Positions 1 through 9,729 of a DNA stretch of 64,000 nucleotides are shown here, one piece after another. The position numbers and the translations under genes are program-made. The first letter of the stretch is position 1. Every line of letters begins with the position of its first letter. The notes beneath the pieces were generated by a model. It was not told the DNA's origin and ran no database searches. It saw only the letters and a list, made by a program, of their open reading frames with translations. The DNA comes from an uncultured Nitrospiraceae bacterium (GTDB lineage: Bacteria > Nitrospirota > Thermodesulfovibrionia > Thermodesulfovibrionales > SM23-35): NCBI GenBank assembly GCA_963727775.1, contig CAVSHB010000003.1, positions 256,001 through 320,000 of the forward strand. Reading direction: 5' to 3'.

Positions 1-17
1 GCCCTGATGATTTCTGC

Positions 18-87
18 GAACCGCCCCGTGCGGACCCGCATGCGGGGGGGGTGGAAAGGGATGGCTAATTACCGTACCTTACCCGAT
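18..87 (+). mobile_element. 3' end (domains V-VI) of a group II intron, class C-like, possibly degenerate; rest lies upstream of the window
   Basis: GAACCGCCCCGTGCGGACCCGCATGCGGGG resembles the domain V consensus (GAACCGCCGTATGCGGACCCGCATG); ends in the typical CCTTACCCGAT. Confidence 0.7.
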
Positions 88-115
88 TAGATTTGGATTC
101 TCATTATTCATTGCC

Positions 116-1777
116 TTAGATTGGCTGGGTCAAGTGCCCGAGCTTATCGGTGAGTATAGTATTCTCCGAGTAGTCTACAGGGCAGGCAATAACAGATACC
201 GTATTATCAGCCAGCGCCTTTTTGAGCGTAGGCAATAAATCATCAGCCGCTTGGATAGAGTAACCCTTAGCCCCGAAGCTTTCAGCGTACTTAACAAAAT
301 CAGGGTTGCCGAAGTCCACATGAGAGTGGCGATGAATCTCTATTTCCATTTTCCATTTGATCAGACCATAGCTGCCATCAACCCACACCAGGATCACAAA
401 CGGGATTTTCTCACGCAGGGCTGTTTCGATTTCCTGTGAGTTCATCAAAAAACTGCCGTCTCCCATAACCCCGAGTACCTTCCGATCAGGTCTGGCCAAT
501 TTTGTCCCGAGCGCCCCGGGTAAGGCAAAGGACATGGTTGCAAGCCCGTTGGAGATCAAGCAGGTATATGGACTGTAGGTGGGGTAGAGGCGAGCCATCC
601 ACATCTTGATGGCGCCGGTGTCGGCGAGAACGATGTCTTCTCGTCCCATAGCGGTGCGAATATCCGCTACCAGGCGCTGGGGTTTCACCGGAAAAGACGA
701 GTCACTCCGCCCCCGCTCTAGTTCTGCGTGAAGCATGGAGCGGATTGATAGGTCCGTGGCGTTCAGCCCGAGCTTCGGAGAAGTCTCTGCTGCCAGCGCA
801 TCAAGGGCCGCGGGGATATCCCCCTCGATGCCCACCGAAACGTTGTAATGGCTGTCTACCACTGCAGGAAAGCGATGTAGATGAATGATCTTCTTGTCAC
901 CCTTGGGGTTGATTCGCGCCGGAGGGAACTCCTGCAATTCATAACCGACACTGACAATAACATCCGCCTGGTCAAATCCGAAGTTAGTATAATCATGCAA
1001 CATAAATCCCACCGCTCCGAGCGCGTTGGGGTGGTCGTCCGGCAATACGCCTTTACCGTGGAATGTTGTGGCAACCGGAATACACAGCCGTTCAGAGAAG
1101 CGGATAAGGGCTTCTTGCGCACGATTTCGCGCTGCACCATGTCCGGCTAGGACAATAGGAGTTTTCGCGGATTCCAGTACCGTCGCAGCACGGCTGATTT
1201 GGGAAGGAGACGGCGCATCAGCATAGACTCGATTAACGGGCAAGGGTTGTGCTTCTGCCCGGACAGTCATAATCAAAATATCCTCCGGAATGGCTAGAAA
1301 AGCGGCACCGGGCCTCTCCGTTTGAGCTGTCTTAAAAGCGTTGCGGATCATTTCGGGTGTCGCTGCAGGAGTGAGGACAGTGTTAGAGCACTTTGTCACA
1401 GATCTGAACATGCTTACCAAGTCAACAAACTGATGGGTCTCCTTATATATACGGTTTAAGCCCACCTGCGCGGTGATGGCGACAAGCGGCGTGTTATCAA
1501 TATGAGCGTCTGCAACACCAAGGAGGAGGTTGATAGCACCTGGGCCAAGTGTGGCGATGCAAACACCCGCCTTGCCGGTTACCCGGCCGTACATGTCGGC
1601 CATGAAGGACGCAGCCTGTTCGGACCGGGCCAGGATAAAGCGAATCGATGAATTGTTGAAGGCGTCCACCAAGTGGATGTTCTCCTCCCCGGGGATGCCA
1701 AAAGCGTATTCAACTTCTTCGTTCTCCAAACACGCTACGAGCAGTCTCGCTACATTATTCTCTCCTGAACCTGCCAT
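116..1777 (-). CDS. Acetolactate synthase large subunit-like ThDP enzyme
   Basis: FGIPGEEN, EQAASFMAD, TLGPGAINL and GDGSFLMNSQE ThDP-binding motif. Confidence 0.9.
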   Translation of the reverse strand: MAGSGENNVARLLVACLENEEVEYAFGIPGEENIHLVDAFNNSSIRFILARSEQAASFMADMYGRVTGKAGVCIATLGPGAINLLLGVADAHIDNTPLVAITAQVGLNRIYKETHQFVDLVSMFRSVTKCSNTVLTPAATPEMIRNAFKTAQTERPGAAFLAIPEDILIMTVRAEAQPLPVNRVYADAPSPSQISRAATVLESAKTPIVLAGHGAARNRAQEALIRFSERLCIPVATTFHGKGVLPDDHPNALGAVGFMLHDYTNFGFDQADVIVSVGYELQEFPPARINPKGDKKIIHLHRFPAVVDSHYNVSVGIEGDIPAALDALAAETSPKLGLNATDLSIRSMLHAELERGRSDSSFPVKPQRLVADIRTAMGREDIVLADTGAIKMWMARLYPTYSPYTCLISNGLATMSFALPGALGTKLARPDRKVLGVMGDGSFLMNSQEIETALREKIPFVILVWVDGSYGLIKWKMEIEIHRHSHVDFGNPDFVKYAESFGAKGYSIQAADDLLPTLKKALADNTVSVIACPVDYSENTILTDKLGHLTQPI

Positions 1778-1924
1778 GCTGATTTCTCCTTGACTGAAAG
1801 CCGTGACTTTTCAAACCCTAACAGTTATTTTTAAACGTATTCTATCGGTTTTTGCAAATATATTCCCATCTTATTTCCATATTCCCGGCCCCTTTAGGAG
1901 AATCCTGCTTCCTACAAAAAAAGG

Positions 1925-2255
1925 AGTAATATAACAAACCATTTAATACTTCTTGGTTTTGTTCTTGCAAAATATCTTAACGCCGATCATTTACCCAAGC
2001 ATCATTCCAATGACTGAAGGAACTACAGTTATAGGGAGAACCGCACCTTCATTTATATAAATCCATGCAGCCGAAGCATCGGCAACGGATACTGAAAAAT
2101 TACTTGTACCAACCGCTAACTTAAGAAGTGCTCCCATAATGAGATTAAAAGTAGGGACGTTTGCCTACCCCGCTCCGAGACCAAACATACCTGCCATAAA
2201 GCCTATAATCCCAAAAGAAGCAAACCCTCCGGGTGTTCGATGCAACTTCCATTAA
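1925..2255 (-). pseudogene. Sulfite exporter TauE/SafE family remnant (boundaries approximate)
   Basis: Minus-strand translation GFMAGMFGLGAG*ANVPTFNLIMGALLKLAVGTSNF...GMMLG*MIG with in-frame TAG and TAA. Confidence 0.7.
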
Positions 2256-2578
2256 ACATTTTCGGCAATGCATTATGTCTGAAGATATGTTCGATATTGT
2301 TCTCATCCCATTCAAAACCTCTTCAATAGCTGAACCTCGGCGCTTGTTGTGCTAAATAGCTGAAGGTAATATTTCAGACGATGTCGTGAGCCTCTCAATT
2401 ATAGAGGAAATAAACGCGCTTACAAAGTTTCTAATATGTTTGTTACGGAAGTAATTAGCACCGAGCAGACTATATTTCGGTTAGTACTTCACACGATTGT
2501 GAGGAGGCCAACTACTGTGGTGTACTGTGAGAACATAATTCTGCGCTGCCCTCTATTTCTTTGGGACAGCCCTATAGT

Positions 2579-2749
2579 TCATGAGAATAGTCCCGGCTCA
2601 ACATATTTTCTAAAAGCGGCACACTTGTTTTTCTTCTTGCAGTTCTTCTCACAAGCGTCTACGTAGTGAAACCCCTCCCTGTCGGGACACCATATCTTTG
2701 TGGCATCAGTTTCCGGTTTATCAGATTTCTCTTTAGGTTTCTTTGACAT
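2579..2749 (-). CDS. Small 56-aa four-Cys protein, last gene of the lexA-dinB operon
   Basis: ATG at 2749 after GGAGAAGG, overlaps DUF72 gene end; C-x11-C-x3-C-x5-C; ends EPGLFS. Confidence 0.65.
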   Translation of the reverse strand: MSKKPKEKSDKPETDATKIWCPDREGFHYVDACEKNCKKKNKCAAFRKYVEPGLFS

Positions 2750-3647
2750 GACCTGTTGCCTTCTCCGCCACAAGCTCCTTCAATCTGAGAGCGTTCTTCA
2801 TCGCAAAACCTCCGTGGCAGTTGTTATGCATACAATACGTAATCTTCGCCTTCTTATCCGCGCCCTTAATAGAAGGCACAAATGCTTTGAACTCTTCCTC
2901 AGAATAGAAATAGGCAAACCGCAGAGATGTTTCTATTCCTTTCTTCAGCCAGTTCTCCTTGTTTCTCCCATGGAAACGGAAATAGGCTATCTCCGTCGTG
3001 ACATTCGGAATAAAGGGTACCGTCGCGAGGTTGCCGTACTGTGTCTCATCGGCAGAAACGTAGGTCAACTGATTCTCTCTCAAAAGCTGAAGAACAGCAT
3101 CCACATGGTCTGCAGTTAGCCAACTTCCATGTCTGAACTCTGCAGCCACCGGGAAGCCCGACATAAGCTCTTTACATTTGAGTATGTAGTCTAGATTTGC
3201 AGACTTATACTGAAACCACGGCGGGAACTGAAAGACAAGCAAGCCCAGTTTATTGAACTTCTGAAGTGGTGAAAGTGCTTCCTTAAATCTGTAGGCAATG
3301 ACTCTAAGCAGATCCGGATCTTTTACATAAATATGTTTCTCCGTCTTGTCCTTCTCAGAAAGAAGATTGAATATGTCTTTCGGCAGGGTCCTGGGATCGA
3401 TGCCATGCCCTGTTAATGCACCATAAGCCTTGATATGAAAAATGAAGTTCTCCGGTGTTCTGTCTACCCAAAGATATGTATTACCCTTATCCGGGATGGC
3501 GTAATAAGTCGAGTCTACCTCGACTGTGTCAAAGGAGCTTGCATAATATCTAAGCCTCTCTTCTGCAGTTTTGACGGTTTTGGGATAGAACTCACCGCTC
3601 TGGATTAATGTCTTTTCAGTCCATGAACAAGTGCCGACACGAATCAT
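2733..3647 (-). CDS. DUF72 (YecE-like) protein
   Basis: IRVGTCSW, YYASSFDTVEVDSTYYAIP, FQFPPWF, EFRHGSW, YFRFHGRN motifs. Confidence 0.9.
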   Translation of the reverse strand: MIRVGTCSWTEKTLIQSGEFYPKTVKTAEERLRYYASSFDTVEVDSTYYAIPDKGNTYLWVDRTPENFIFHIKAYGALTGHGIDPRTLPKDIFNLLSEKDKTEKHIYVKDPDLLRVIAYRFKEALSPLQKFNKLGLLVFQFPPWFQYKSANLDYILKCKELMSGFPVAAEFRHGSWLTADHVDAVLQLLRENQLTYVSADETQYGNLATVPFIPNVTTEIAYFRFHGRNKENWLKKGIETSLRFAYFYSEEEFKAFVPSIKGADKKAKITYCMHNNCHGGFAMKNALRLKELVAEKATGHVKET

Positions 3648-3653
3648 CTGCCT

Positions 3654-5693
3654 CTAATTGTTTCGCTTATAGATATTCTTAAGCTTTTCGAGCAGTTGTT
3701 TCTTGTCATATAGTGGAGAAACTTCCGGCCTCTCTTTTTCAGGCATTTCTCTCATTCCCCTTCCGGCCACATCCTTGAACTCCAGTTTGGATAGCACATT
3801 CGGCATATCCACAAATCTGGACATCTTATTGAACTGTGTGATGCCGCCTCTGAGGCCTTCATGATGCAAGGTGATAAAACATCTCTTTTTCGCCCTGGTA
3901 AGCGCCACATAGAACAACCTCTGCTCCTCTTCAATCTCATCTTCGCTGTCCAAGGCAAATGTTATCGGCAGTACGCCGTCCATAAGGCCCATGATTACGA
4001 CTGCATCCCACTCCAGACCCTTTGCCGAATGTATTGTCGAGAGCACAAGCGGCTTTTCCTCTTCCTTAGTCTCAGGCTCTATTCCCCAAACCCCTCTTTC
4101 GGGAGGCTCGATGGCAAAAGCTTCAAGGAGGTCTTCCAGCGAATCATATCTCATCGTGATCTGTCTCAGGGCTTCAAGGTCGTTCTGTCTCATGTGCCAG
4201 TCGTCATATTTTTCTTTCATGAGAGGGATGTAGTACTCAAGGAGTACTTCGTATGTCTCCCCCACATTTATTCTTTCTCCATAAACAGCTTTGACCGCTC
4301 TCTCCAGTTTGCCTAGACCCTCCGAGTAAGGATGTCCTTTTGCATACTTGGAGAACACTCTATCCAGGATCTCGTCAAAAGAGGAACATCTGGTGGCTTC
4401 ATCGGTAATAGCCCCGGCTGTTTTAGGTCCGATCCTTTCTATCAGCATTAAGACCCTGTTCCAAGCAAGTTCGTCTTTGGGGTTTATAAGCAATTTCAGA
4501 TGGGAGAGGATATCCTTAACATGGGCTGTCTCATAGAATTTAAGACCGCCATAGGTCTCATAGGGTATATTCCTTTTGCCCAATTCGGACTGGAGTGGAA
4601 TCGACAGATACGAGGACCTGAATAAGACACACTGGTGTCCCAATGATATGCCCTGGTCCAACTGCTGTTTAATTAAATCCGCGACCCACTCGGCTTCTTC
4701 ATAAGCATCCTTAAAGAAAAGCAGCCGGCTCTTCTGTCCGGTATGCTTTTTAGCTGCGACGAGGCATTTGGAATATTTGTTTTTCATGTTTTCCATTACC
4801 GCATTGGCAACATCCAGGATGGATTGGGAACTTCGATAGTTTTGCTCAAGCGTGACAACTCTGCACTCCGGGAAACGTTTGGGGAATTCCATGATATTTT
4901 CATGCGACGCTCCCCTGAACCCGTAAATGCTCTGGGCGTCGTCTCCGACAACCATGATGTTCCTGTGTTTATCCGCCAGAAGGTAAGCAATATCTCCCTG
5001 TATGATATTGGTGTCCTGATATTCGTCGACCATGACATATCTATACCTCTGAGAAAGCTTTTCCCTTATCTCTTCGTTTTCAAGCAGGATCCTTAAATAA
5101 ACGAGCAGGTCATCGTAATCGAGGTAGTTCTTGTCTAACTTGTACGCAGCGTATTCTTCCCTCAGGTTGTCCATCTCGGATAGATACTCTACAAAGTGAG
5201 GGTACTCTCTCTTTATGACCTCTCCGATGGACTTATTCTTATTTATGGACATGCTGATGATGGCCCGCAGGGTATCTTTCTTGGGGAATCTCTTTTTCTT
5301 TTCATAAAATCCCAGTTTTGAAGCGCACCTATGTATTGCCTCTTCTGCATCGCTTTCATCCAGGACAACAAACCCGTCAGGGAAACCAAGGGATTTTGAA
5401 TATATCTTCAGCATTTTATAGGCGAAGGAATGGAAGGTCCCGCCTTCTACATTCTTGCATTGCAGGTCGTGCTTGGAGGCCCGAGAAAGCATTTCATGGG
5501 CTGCTTTTCGGGTGAAGGTTAGAAGCAGGATGGAATTGGGACTGACCTTATTCTGGATGAGGTTCAATACCCGATATTCGATGACCCTTGTCTTGCCTGA
5601 TCCGGCGCCTGCGATTACAAGAACAGGCCCATCCATTGCTGTCACAGCGGACAGCTGGGCGGGATTTAATGTATTTTTTAAGTCATCACTCAT
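3654..5693 (-). CDS. UvrD/PcrA-family SF1 ATP-dependent DNA helicase
   Basis: AGAGSGKT, VDEYQDTN, VGDDAQSIYGFRGA, STIHSAKGLEW, EEEQRLFYVALTRAK. Confidence 0.95.
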   Translation of the reverse strand: MSDDLKNTLNPAQLSAVTAMDGPVLVIAGAGSGKTRVIEYRVLNLIQNKVSPNSILLLTFTRKAAHEMLSRASKHDLQCKNVEGGTFHSFAYKMLKIYSKSLGFPDGFVVLDESDAEEAIHRCASKLGFYEKKKRFPKKDTLRAIISMSINKNKSIGEVIKREYPHFVEYLSEMDNLREEYAAYKLDKNYLDYDDLLVYLRILLENEEIREKLSQRYRYVMVDEYQDTNIIQGDIAYLLADKHRNIMVVGDDAQSIYGFRGASHENIMEFPKRFPECRVVTLEQNYRSSQSILDVANAVMENMKNKYSKCLVAAKKHTGQKSRLLFFKDAYEEAEWVADLIKQQLDQGISLGHQCVLFRSSYLSIPLQSELGKRNIPYETYGGLKFYETAHVKDILSHLKLLINPKDELAWNRVLMLIERIGPKTAGAITDEATRCSSFDEILDRVFSKYAKGHPYSEGLGKLERAVKAVYGERINVGETYEVLLEYYIPLMKEKYDDWHMRQNDLEALRQITMRYDSLEDLLEAFAIEPPERGVWGIEPETKEEEKPLVLSTIHSAKGLEWDAVVIMGLMDGVLPITFALDSEDEIEEEQRLFYVALTRAKKRCFITLHHEGLRGGITQFNKMSRFVDMPNVLSKLEFKDVAGRGMREMPEKERPEVSPLYDKKQLLEKLKNIYKRNN

Positions 5694-5742
5694 ATTTTTA
5701 ATCTTAAAATAATCCTTTATATATTTTCTTCATAACCCGGCC

Positions 5743-7056
5743 TCATACTCTTATGTTCAGCATGGGTAACCCCAGCCTCTGTCTTTTATTTTCGCCTCTG
5801 AATAAGTCTGACATCCTATTAGGTACGTCGCCTCTTTCTCCTTCGTGCTGGGCCTGGAGTTTTGTAGGCAGGCTCGTTGCATGGAGGACAGTATGTTTGC
5901 CGTATTTGTGGGATAATTCATCGACGGCACTGTATACCCTGGCCATCTTCTCTATTATTGCAGTGTCATCAAAGAGGGTGTACTGGATCCCCGTCTCCGC
6001 GACCAAGCCGGCAAGGACGACGCCTGTCTGCCGGTAGAAGCCGTCTTTGTGATAAATATGGTTGAACCCCTGCCTCAGTGCGCCAAAGAGGGCAACAGGA
6101 TAGGCGCTGGGACGGCTCAATTTGATCTCCACGCCGGCACTTGTGTAATCCCGTTTCCTCAAGCAGATGACAAGTCTGGTAGCCGCAAGCTTATAACGTC
6201 TCGCTTTAATACATGCGTTCTCCAGGTTTTTGGAAAGCTGGGCAAAGACGAATGTCTCATCATTTGACGCAGGGGTAAAGGTCTTTGTTTTGCTTATGGA
6301 CTGATAGCTGCTTTTCGATTCGGTTACAACAGGGTAGACACTTCTGCCGTTTAACTCATGCCAGATCTCCTTATAAGGTTTGGAGAGATGTTTTTGTATA
6401 AAGCTTTCGTCTTTTTTGGCAAATTCAAGGGCGGTTGTTATTCCGAACTTCCGGAGAAAAGCCGCTGTATTCGGTCCTATCCCCCATATTTTTTCTATAG
6501 GGAGTTTTTGAAGATAGATATGGATATCTCTCCCGGGTATGATTGTGAGCCCATGGGGTTTGTTGTGTTTGGAGCCGATCTTTGCAAGTACCTTTGAGAG
6601 GCTGACTCCGACTGATACGGTAATCGCTAACTCTCTTTCGATTGTATCCTGCATCTTTTGCGCTATCATCCCATAGGGGCCGTGAAAGCTTCTCCTTAAA
6701 CCGGTTAGGTCTACGAAAGCTTCATCTATGGAGTATTCTTCTATATCCGGAGAGAAGCGCCTGAGTATCTCAAACATCCGCAAGGAATAAAGGCTGTAGG
6801 TCTCGTAGTCCGACGGCACGATGATCGCCTCGGGGCAGACCTTCTTTACATCCATGAGGCTCATGCCTGTCTTTACTCCCATGGCCTTTGCCTCATAGCT
6901 TGCTGCTGCCACTATCCCTCGTTCTCTGCCGGCGATAACGGGCTTACCCCTTAGTTCCGGGTGGACGGCCTGTTCGCAGGATGCAAAAAAGGCGTCGGCA
7001 TCAATATGGAGGATTGCTCTTGGCCACGAATGAATTGTTAAAGGTTGATTGTCCAT
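5743..7056 (-). CDS. dinB: Y-family DNA polymerase (DNA pol IV/DinB-like)
   Basis: HIDADAFFASCE, AASYEAKAMGV, YSIDEAFVDL; C-terminal clamp-binding-like QYTLF. Confidence 0.9.
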   Translation of the reverse strand: MDNQPLTIHSWPRAILHIDADAFFASCEQAVHPELRGKPVIAGRERGIVAAASYEAKAMGVKTGMSLMDVKKVCPEAIIVPSDYETYSLYSLRMFEILRRFSPDIEEYSIDEAFVDLTGLRRSFHGPYGMIAQKMQDTIERELAITVSVGVSLSKVLAKIGSKHNKPHGLTIIPGRDIHIYLQKLPIEKIWGIGPNTAAFLRKFGITTALEFAKKDESFIQKHLSKPYKEIWHELNGRSVYPVVTESKSSYQSISKTKTFTPASNDETFVFAQLSKNLENACIKARRYKLAATRLVICLRKRDYTSAGVEIKLSRPSAYPVALFGALRQGFNHIYHKDGFYRQTGVVLAGLVAETGIQYTLFDDTAIIEKMARVYSAVDELSHKYGKHTVLHATSLPTKLQAQHEGERGDVPNRMSDLFRGENKRQRLGLPMLNIRV

Positions 7057-7076
7057 AATTCTTTTTAAGAAGGTTG

Positions 7077-7670
7077 TTATTTATACTTTCTGATTACTGC
7101 TGTTACTACGCCTGCTATCTTGAGTTCCTTTTTTGGTTTGATCGGTTTGTAGAGAGGGTTAGCGGGAATAAGGGCCACATTCTCTCCCCTTTTTTTGAGG
7201 TATTTCATTGTCCACTCTCCGTCAACTTCAGCAATGACGATATCCCCGCTTTTCGGGGGCTGCCCTTTGTCTACAAGCACCATGTCTCCGGGTAGTATTC
7301 CTGCTTCTATCATTGAATCCCCGGATACTTTAAGCAAAAAAGTGGCCTCCGGGTTTTGGATAAGAAGGTCGTCAAGGGAAAGGGTGTCCGCCAGTGCTTC
7401 TTCAGCCGCACTCGGGAAACCTGCTTCGACAGTGCCGAGAATTCTTAGATGGGAAGCTATAGAACGTGGGATGAGTCTTCCTTTTTCGTCCCTCTCAATA
7501 TACTCAAGTTGTTCGAGTTTATTGACCAGTTTGAAGACTGCGTTTTTTGATCGAAAACCGACTATATTGCCGATTTCTGAGAAGCTCGGCATCCTGCCTT
7601 TCTCCCGGTAGAAATGGGATATATCCCTGACCTTGGAGCGCAGTTTGTTTTCTTTCTGGTCTCGTGCCAT
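7077..7670 (-). CDS. lexA: LexA-family repressor (HTH + S24 peptidase) with UmuD-like AGFPS cleavage region; probable start ATG 7670
   Basis: RMPSFSEI HTH, VEAGFPS, VSGDSM (Ser), EWTMK (Lys). Confidence 0.85.
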   Translation of the reverse strand: MARDQKENKLRSKVRDISHFYREKGRMPSFSEIGNIVGFRSKNAVFKLVNKLEQLEYIERDEKGRLIPRSIASHLRILGTVEAGFPSAAEEALADTLSLDDLLIQNPEATFLLKVSGDSMIEAGILPGDMVLVDKGQPPKSGDIVIAEVDGEWTMKYLKKRGENVALIPANPLYKPIKPKKELKIAGVVTAVIRKYK

Positions 7671-7676
7671 GATCAA

Positions 7677-7706
7677 AGTATAAAGTGAACGATTGTTTAC
7701 TGTCAA
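7677..7706 (-). promoter_or_regulatory. Sigma70 promoter with a palindromic putative LexA operator in the spacer
   Basis: TTGACA-18nt-TATACT on minus strand; spacer holds GTAAAC-AATC-GTTCAC (7685-7700); ATG follows the -10 by 6 nt. Confidence 0.75.
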
Positions 7707-8148
7707 GCCTGAAGCGAAAATACTTTTCAAAACCATGAAGAAACATACTGTGAGATTCTTCCTCCACTATGAAAGAATGTTCTCTACGCTGTCCACCTGA
7801 TAATCGAGAGTGTTGAAAAAATGAAACTATACAAAAGTTCTCCGCGAAACATGCGGCATGCAGTTTTTGGAATCGGAGTTTTCTATTCATCGGGCGCAGC
7901 CGCCGACTCTCGCCGGCGTGTGTGTGTTTCTTTGGAAAGTTGATAAACTGAGGGTCATTATCTGGTCGCCGCAGATTTCGTCCCGAACCATGCTGTTGCT
8001 TTCCGGGGCTAAAAGATAAAAAAGTAAGATAGGCCCGGATTTCAATTTCACCTACAACTCCGTAAAGTCAAGCCAAGGTCGTAACTGAAGATTTACGACA
8101 GAAACAAACGCATTACAGCTTCTGGGATTGCCGGGATTCTCCGGTCTA

Positions 8149-8685
8149 TCACCATGGTTCCGAAAGAGCTCTGGATATCCAATGAAAAGTTTCATCAGAT
8201 GCTTTTACCGTCATAAATCTTTTCAATAATTTCTTTTTAAAAGGTAGCAATGATGGTGAATATGTTAGTTCCACCGAGACATCAGCAAATTTGACTGGTG
8301 GGCTCAAGAAAGGAGGATACGGCAGAAGAAATGTGCTCTCTTCACCAGAGTCAAGCTTAGGAATAGGAGGAAGGCCTGTCATGAAACCTGCTTCTTTTAC
8401 CCCAAAAAGGGTAGCACCATTTTCTAAAACTATTTTGCCGAATTTCAATTTTAACTCGATTGAGTTTATGGGGAGCAAGCTGTCATTTCTAACAACAAAT
8501 GGTGTCGCAAAGGGTCTTGTCGGGTCTAGTGAATTTGAAGGGTTTATGGACAGTTTTGGGGAGAAAGCATAATATGTGCCGACAATCGTTAAGAATAAAG
8601 CCAAGGCAGTAGCAACTTTGCCAGTGGGAGATAAAAGTTTAAGCAATTGCCAAAAACCTTTCTTTGGCATCGCTTGGGGTGTCAA
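8149..8685 (-). CDS. Hypothetical protein with one N-terminal TM helix (start may be 8670)
   Basis: 178-aa ORF, hydrophobic VATALALFLTIVGTYYAF. Confidence 0.55.
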   Translation of the reverse strand: MTPQAMPKKGFWQLLKLLSPTGKVATALALFLTIVGTYYAFSPKLSINPSNSLDPTRPFATPFVVRNDSLLPINSIELKLKFGKIVLENGATLFGVKEAGFMTGLPPIPKLDSGEESTFLLPYPPFLSPPVKFADVSVELTYSPSLLPFKKKLLKRFMTVKASDETFHWISRALSEPW

Positions 8686-8689
8686 GATG

Positions 8690-8994
8690 GCGCACCCGGC
8701 TCTTCAACAAGTGTCGATATATTTGTATGGGAGCTCATCTGTTCAAAGCTGGGCTCAGGTAATACTGCTTCTTCTTCAAATTCGAATGACAGAATACTGT
8801 TCAGGAAAGCGAGAGCGATATTATCTCCGGACACCAATATTAAAAATGCGCATTTAGAAAGTGTATTTGTAGCAACAAGCACTTTCATTCCTTTCGAACA
8901 TCCTCTGTCGGGATTAGCGATTCCAGTCGACAGACAAAGCCCGTTACAGGACTACCGTCCGTTACATTCAGGCCTGTCCCCTCCAGCGGTTTAA
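8690..8994 (+). pseudogene. 5'-truncated paralog of the 17658..18089 'SPP-ending' protein
   Basis: DIFVWELICSKL..ILFRKARAIL..HSGLSPPAV* matches DIFFWELICTKL..ILFRKARAIL..HSGPSPPSV*; N-terminal hydrophobic part missing. Confidence 0.7.
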
Positions 8995-9128
8995 TCTTCA
9001 TAGGGTATGCTTCTTCTCTTTTCTTTTTGAGAGGATCTCTTTAAACAAAACCATTACGATATCCGTCACAAGATCTCAATAGGATTTCTTGTGACTGCTA
9101 TATCTTCTTAAACACTGAAGGAGAACTA

Positions 9129-9704
9129 ATGAAGAAAATATTCTCAGTCTTAATGATATTAGGAGTAATGATAATGGGATGTGCGCAAAGAAATGTTGTG
9201 AAAACTGACGAAGTCCCTAAGAAAGAAGCTGCTGCTGTTGAGAAGAATCAACCCGAGCGCAAACGGACAGAACGAGAGCCACTTAAGGACATGAATAAAT
9301 CAAAAGACATTTCGGAAAGAGAGCTTTCTAAAGGACAGATATCGGAGAGGCAAGAAACGATTAGGGGTTTGGAAACAAAATTTCATGACATCTACTTTGA
9401 TTACGATAATTATTCTATAAGTGATAATGCGCAAGCCGTACTCGATCAACTATCTTCAGTGCTCCTTAAGAATCAGAAAATAAAAGTGCTTATCGAGGGA
9501 AACTGCGATGAGAGGGGGACTGCCGAATACAATATCGCACTCGGAGACAGAAGGGCTAATGCTGCCAGGCAGTATCTCTCGGCACTCGGAATTCCATCCA
9601 GCAGGATGGATACGATAAGTTATGGCAAGGAAAAACCGATATGTAGAGGAAGCAATGAAAAATGTTGGGTGAAAAATAGAAGGGATCATTTTGTTTTCGA
9701 ATAA
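9129..9704 (+). CDS. pal: Peptidoglycan-associated lipoprotein (OmpA-like C domain)
   Basis: Lipobox IMGC; IYFDYD, EGNCDERGTAEYNIALGDRRA, SYGKEKP, KNRRDHF. Confidence 0.9.
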   Translation: MKKIFSVLMILGVMIMGCAQRNVVKTDEVPKKEAAAVEKNQPERKRTEREPLKDMNKSKDISERELSKGQISERQETIRGLETKFHDIYFDYDNYSISDNAQAVLDQLSSVLLKNQKIKVLIEGNCDERGTAEYNIALGDRRANAARQYLSALGIPSSRMDTISYGKEKPICRGSNEKCWVKNRRDHFVFE

Positions 9705-9729
9705 GACAGTCCTTCATATCTGAAGAACA

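Noticed and set aside
7671..7736. Longer 219-aa LexA start from the ORF track
   Set aside because: The extension spans the promoter and operator; ATG 7670 fits better
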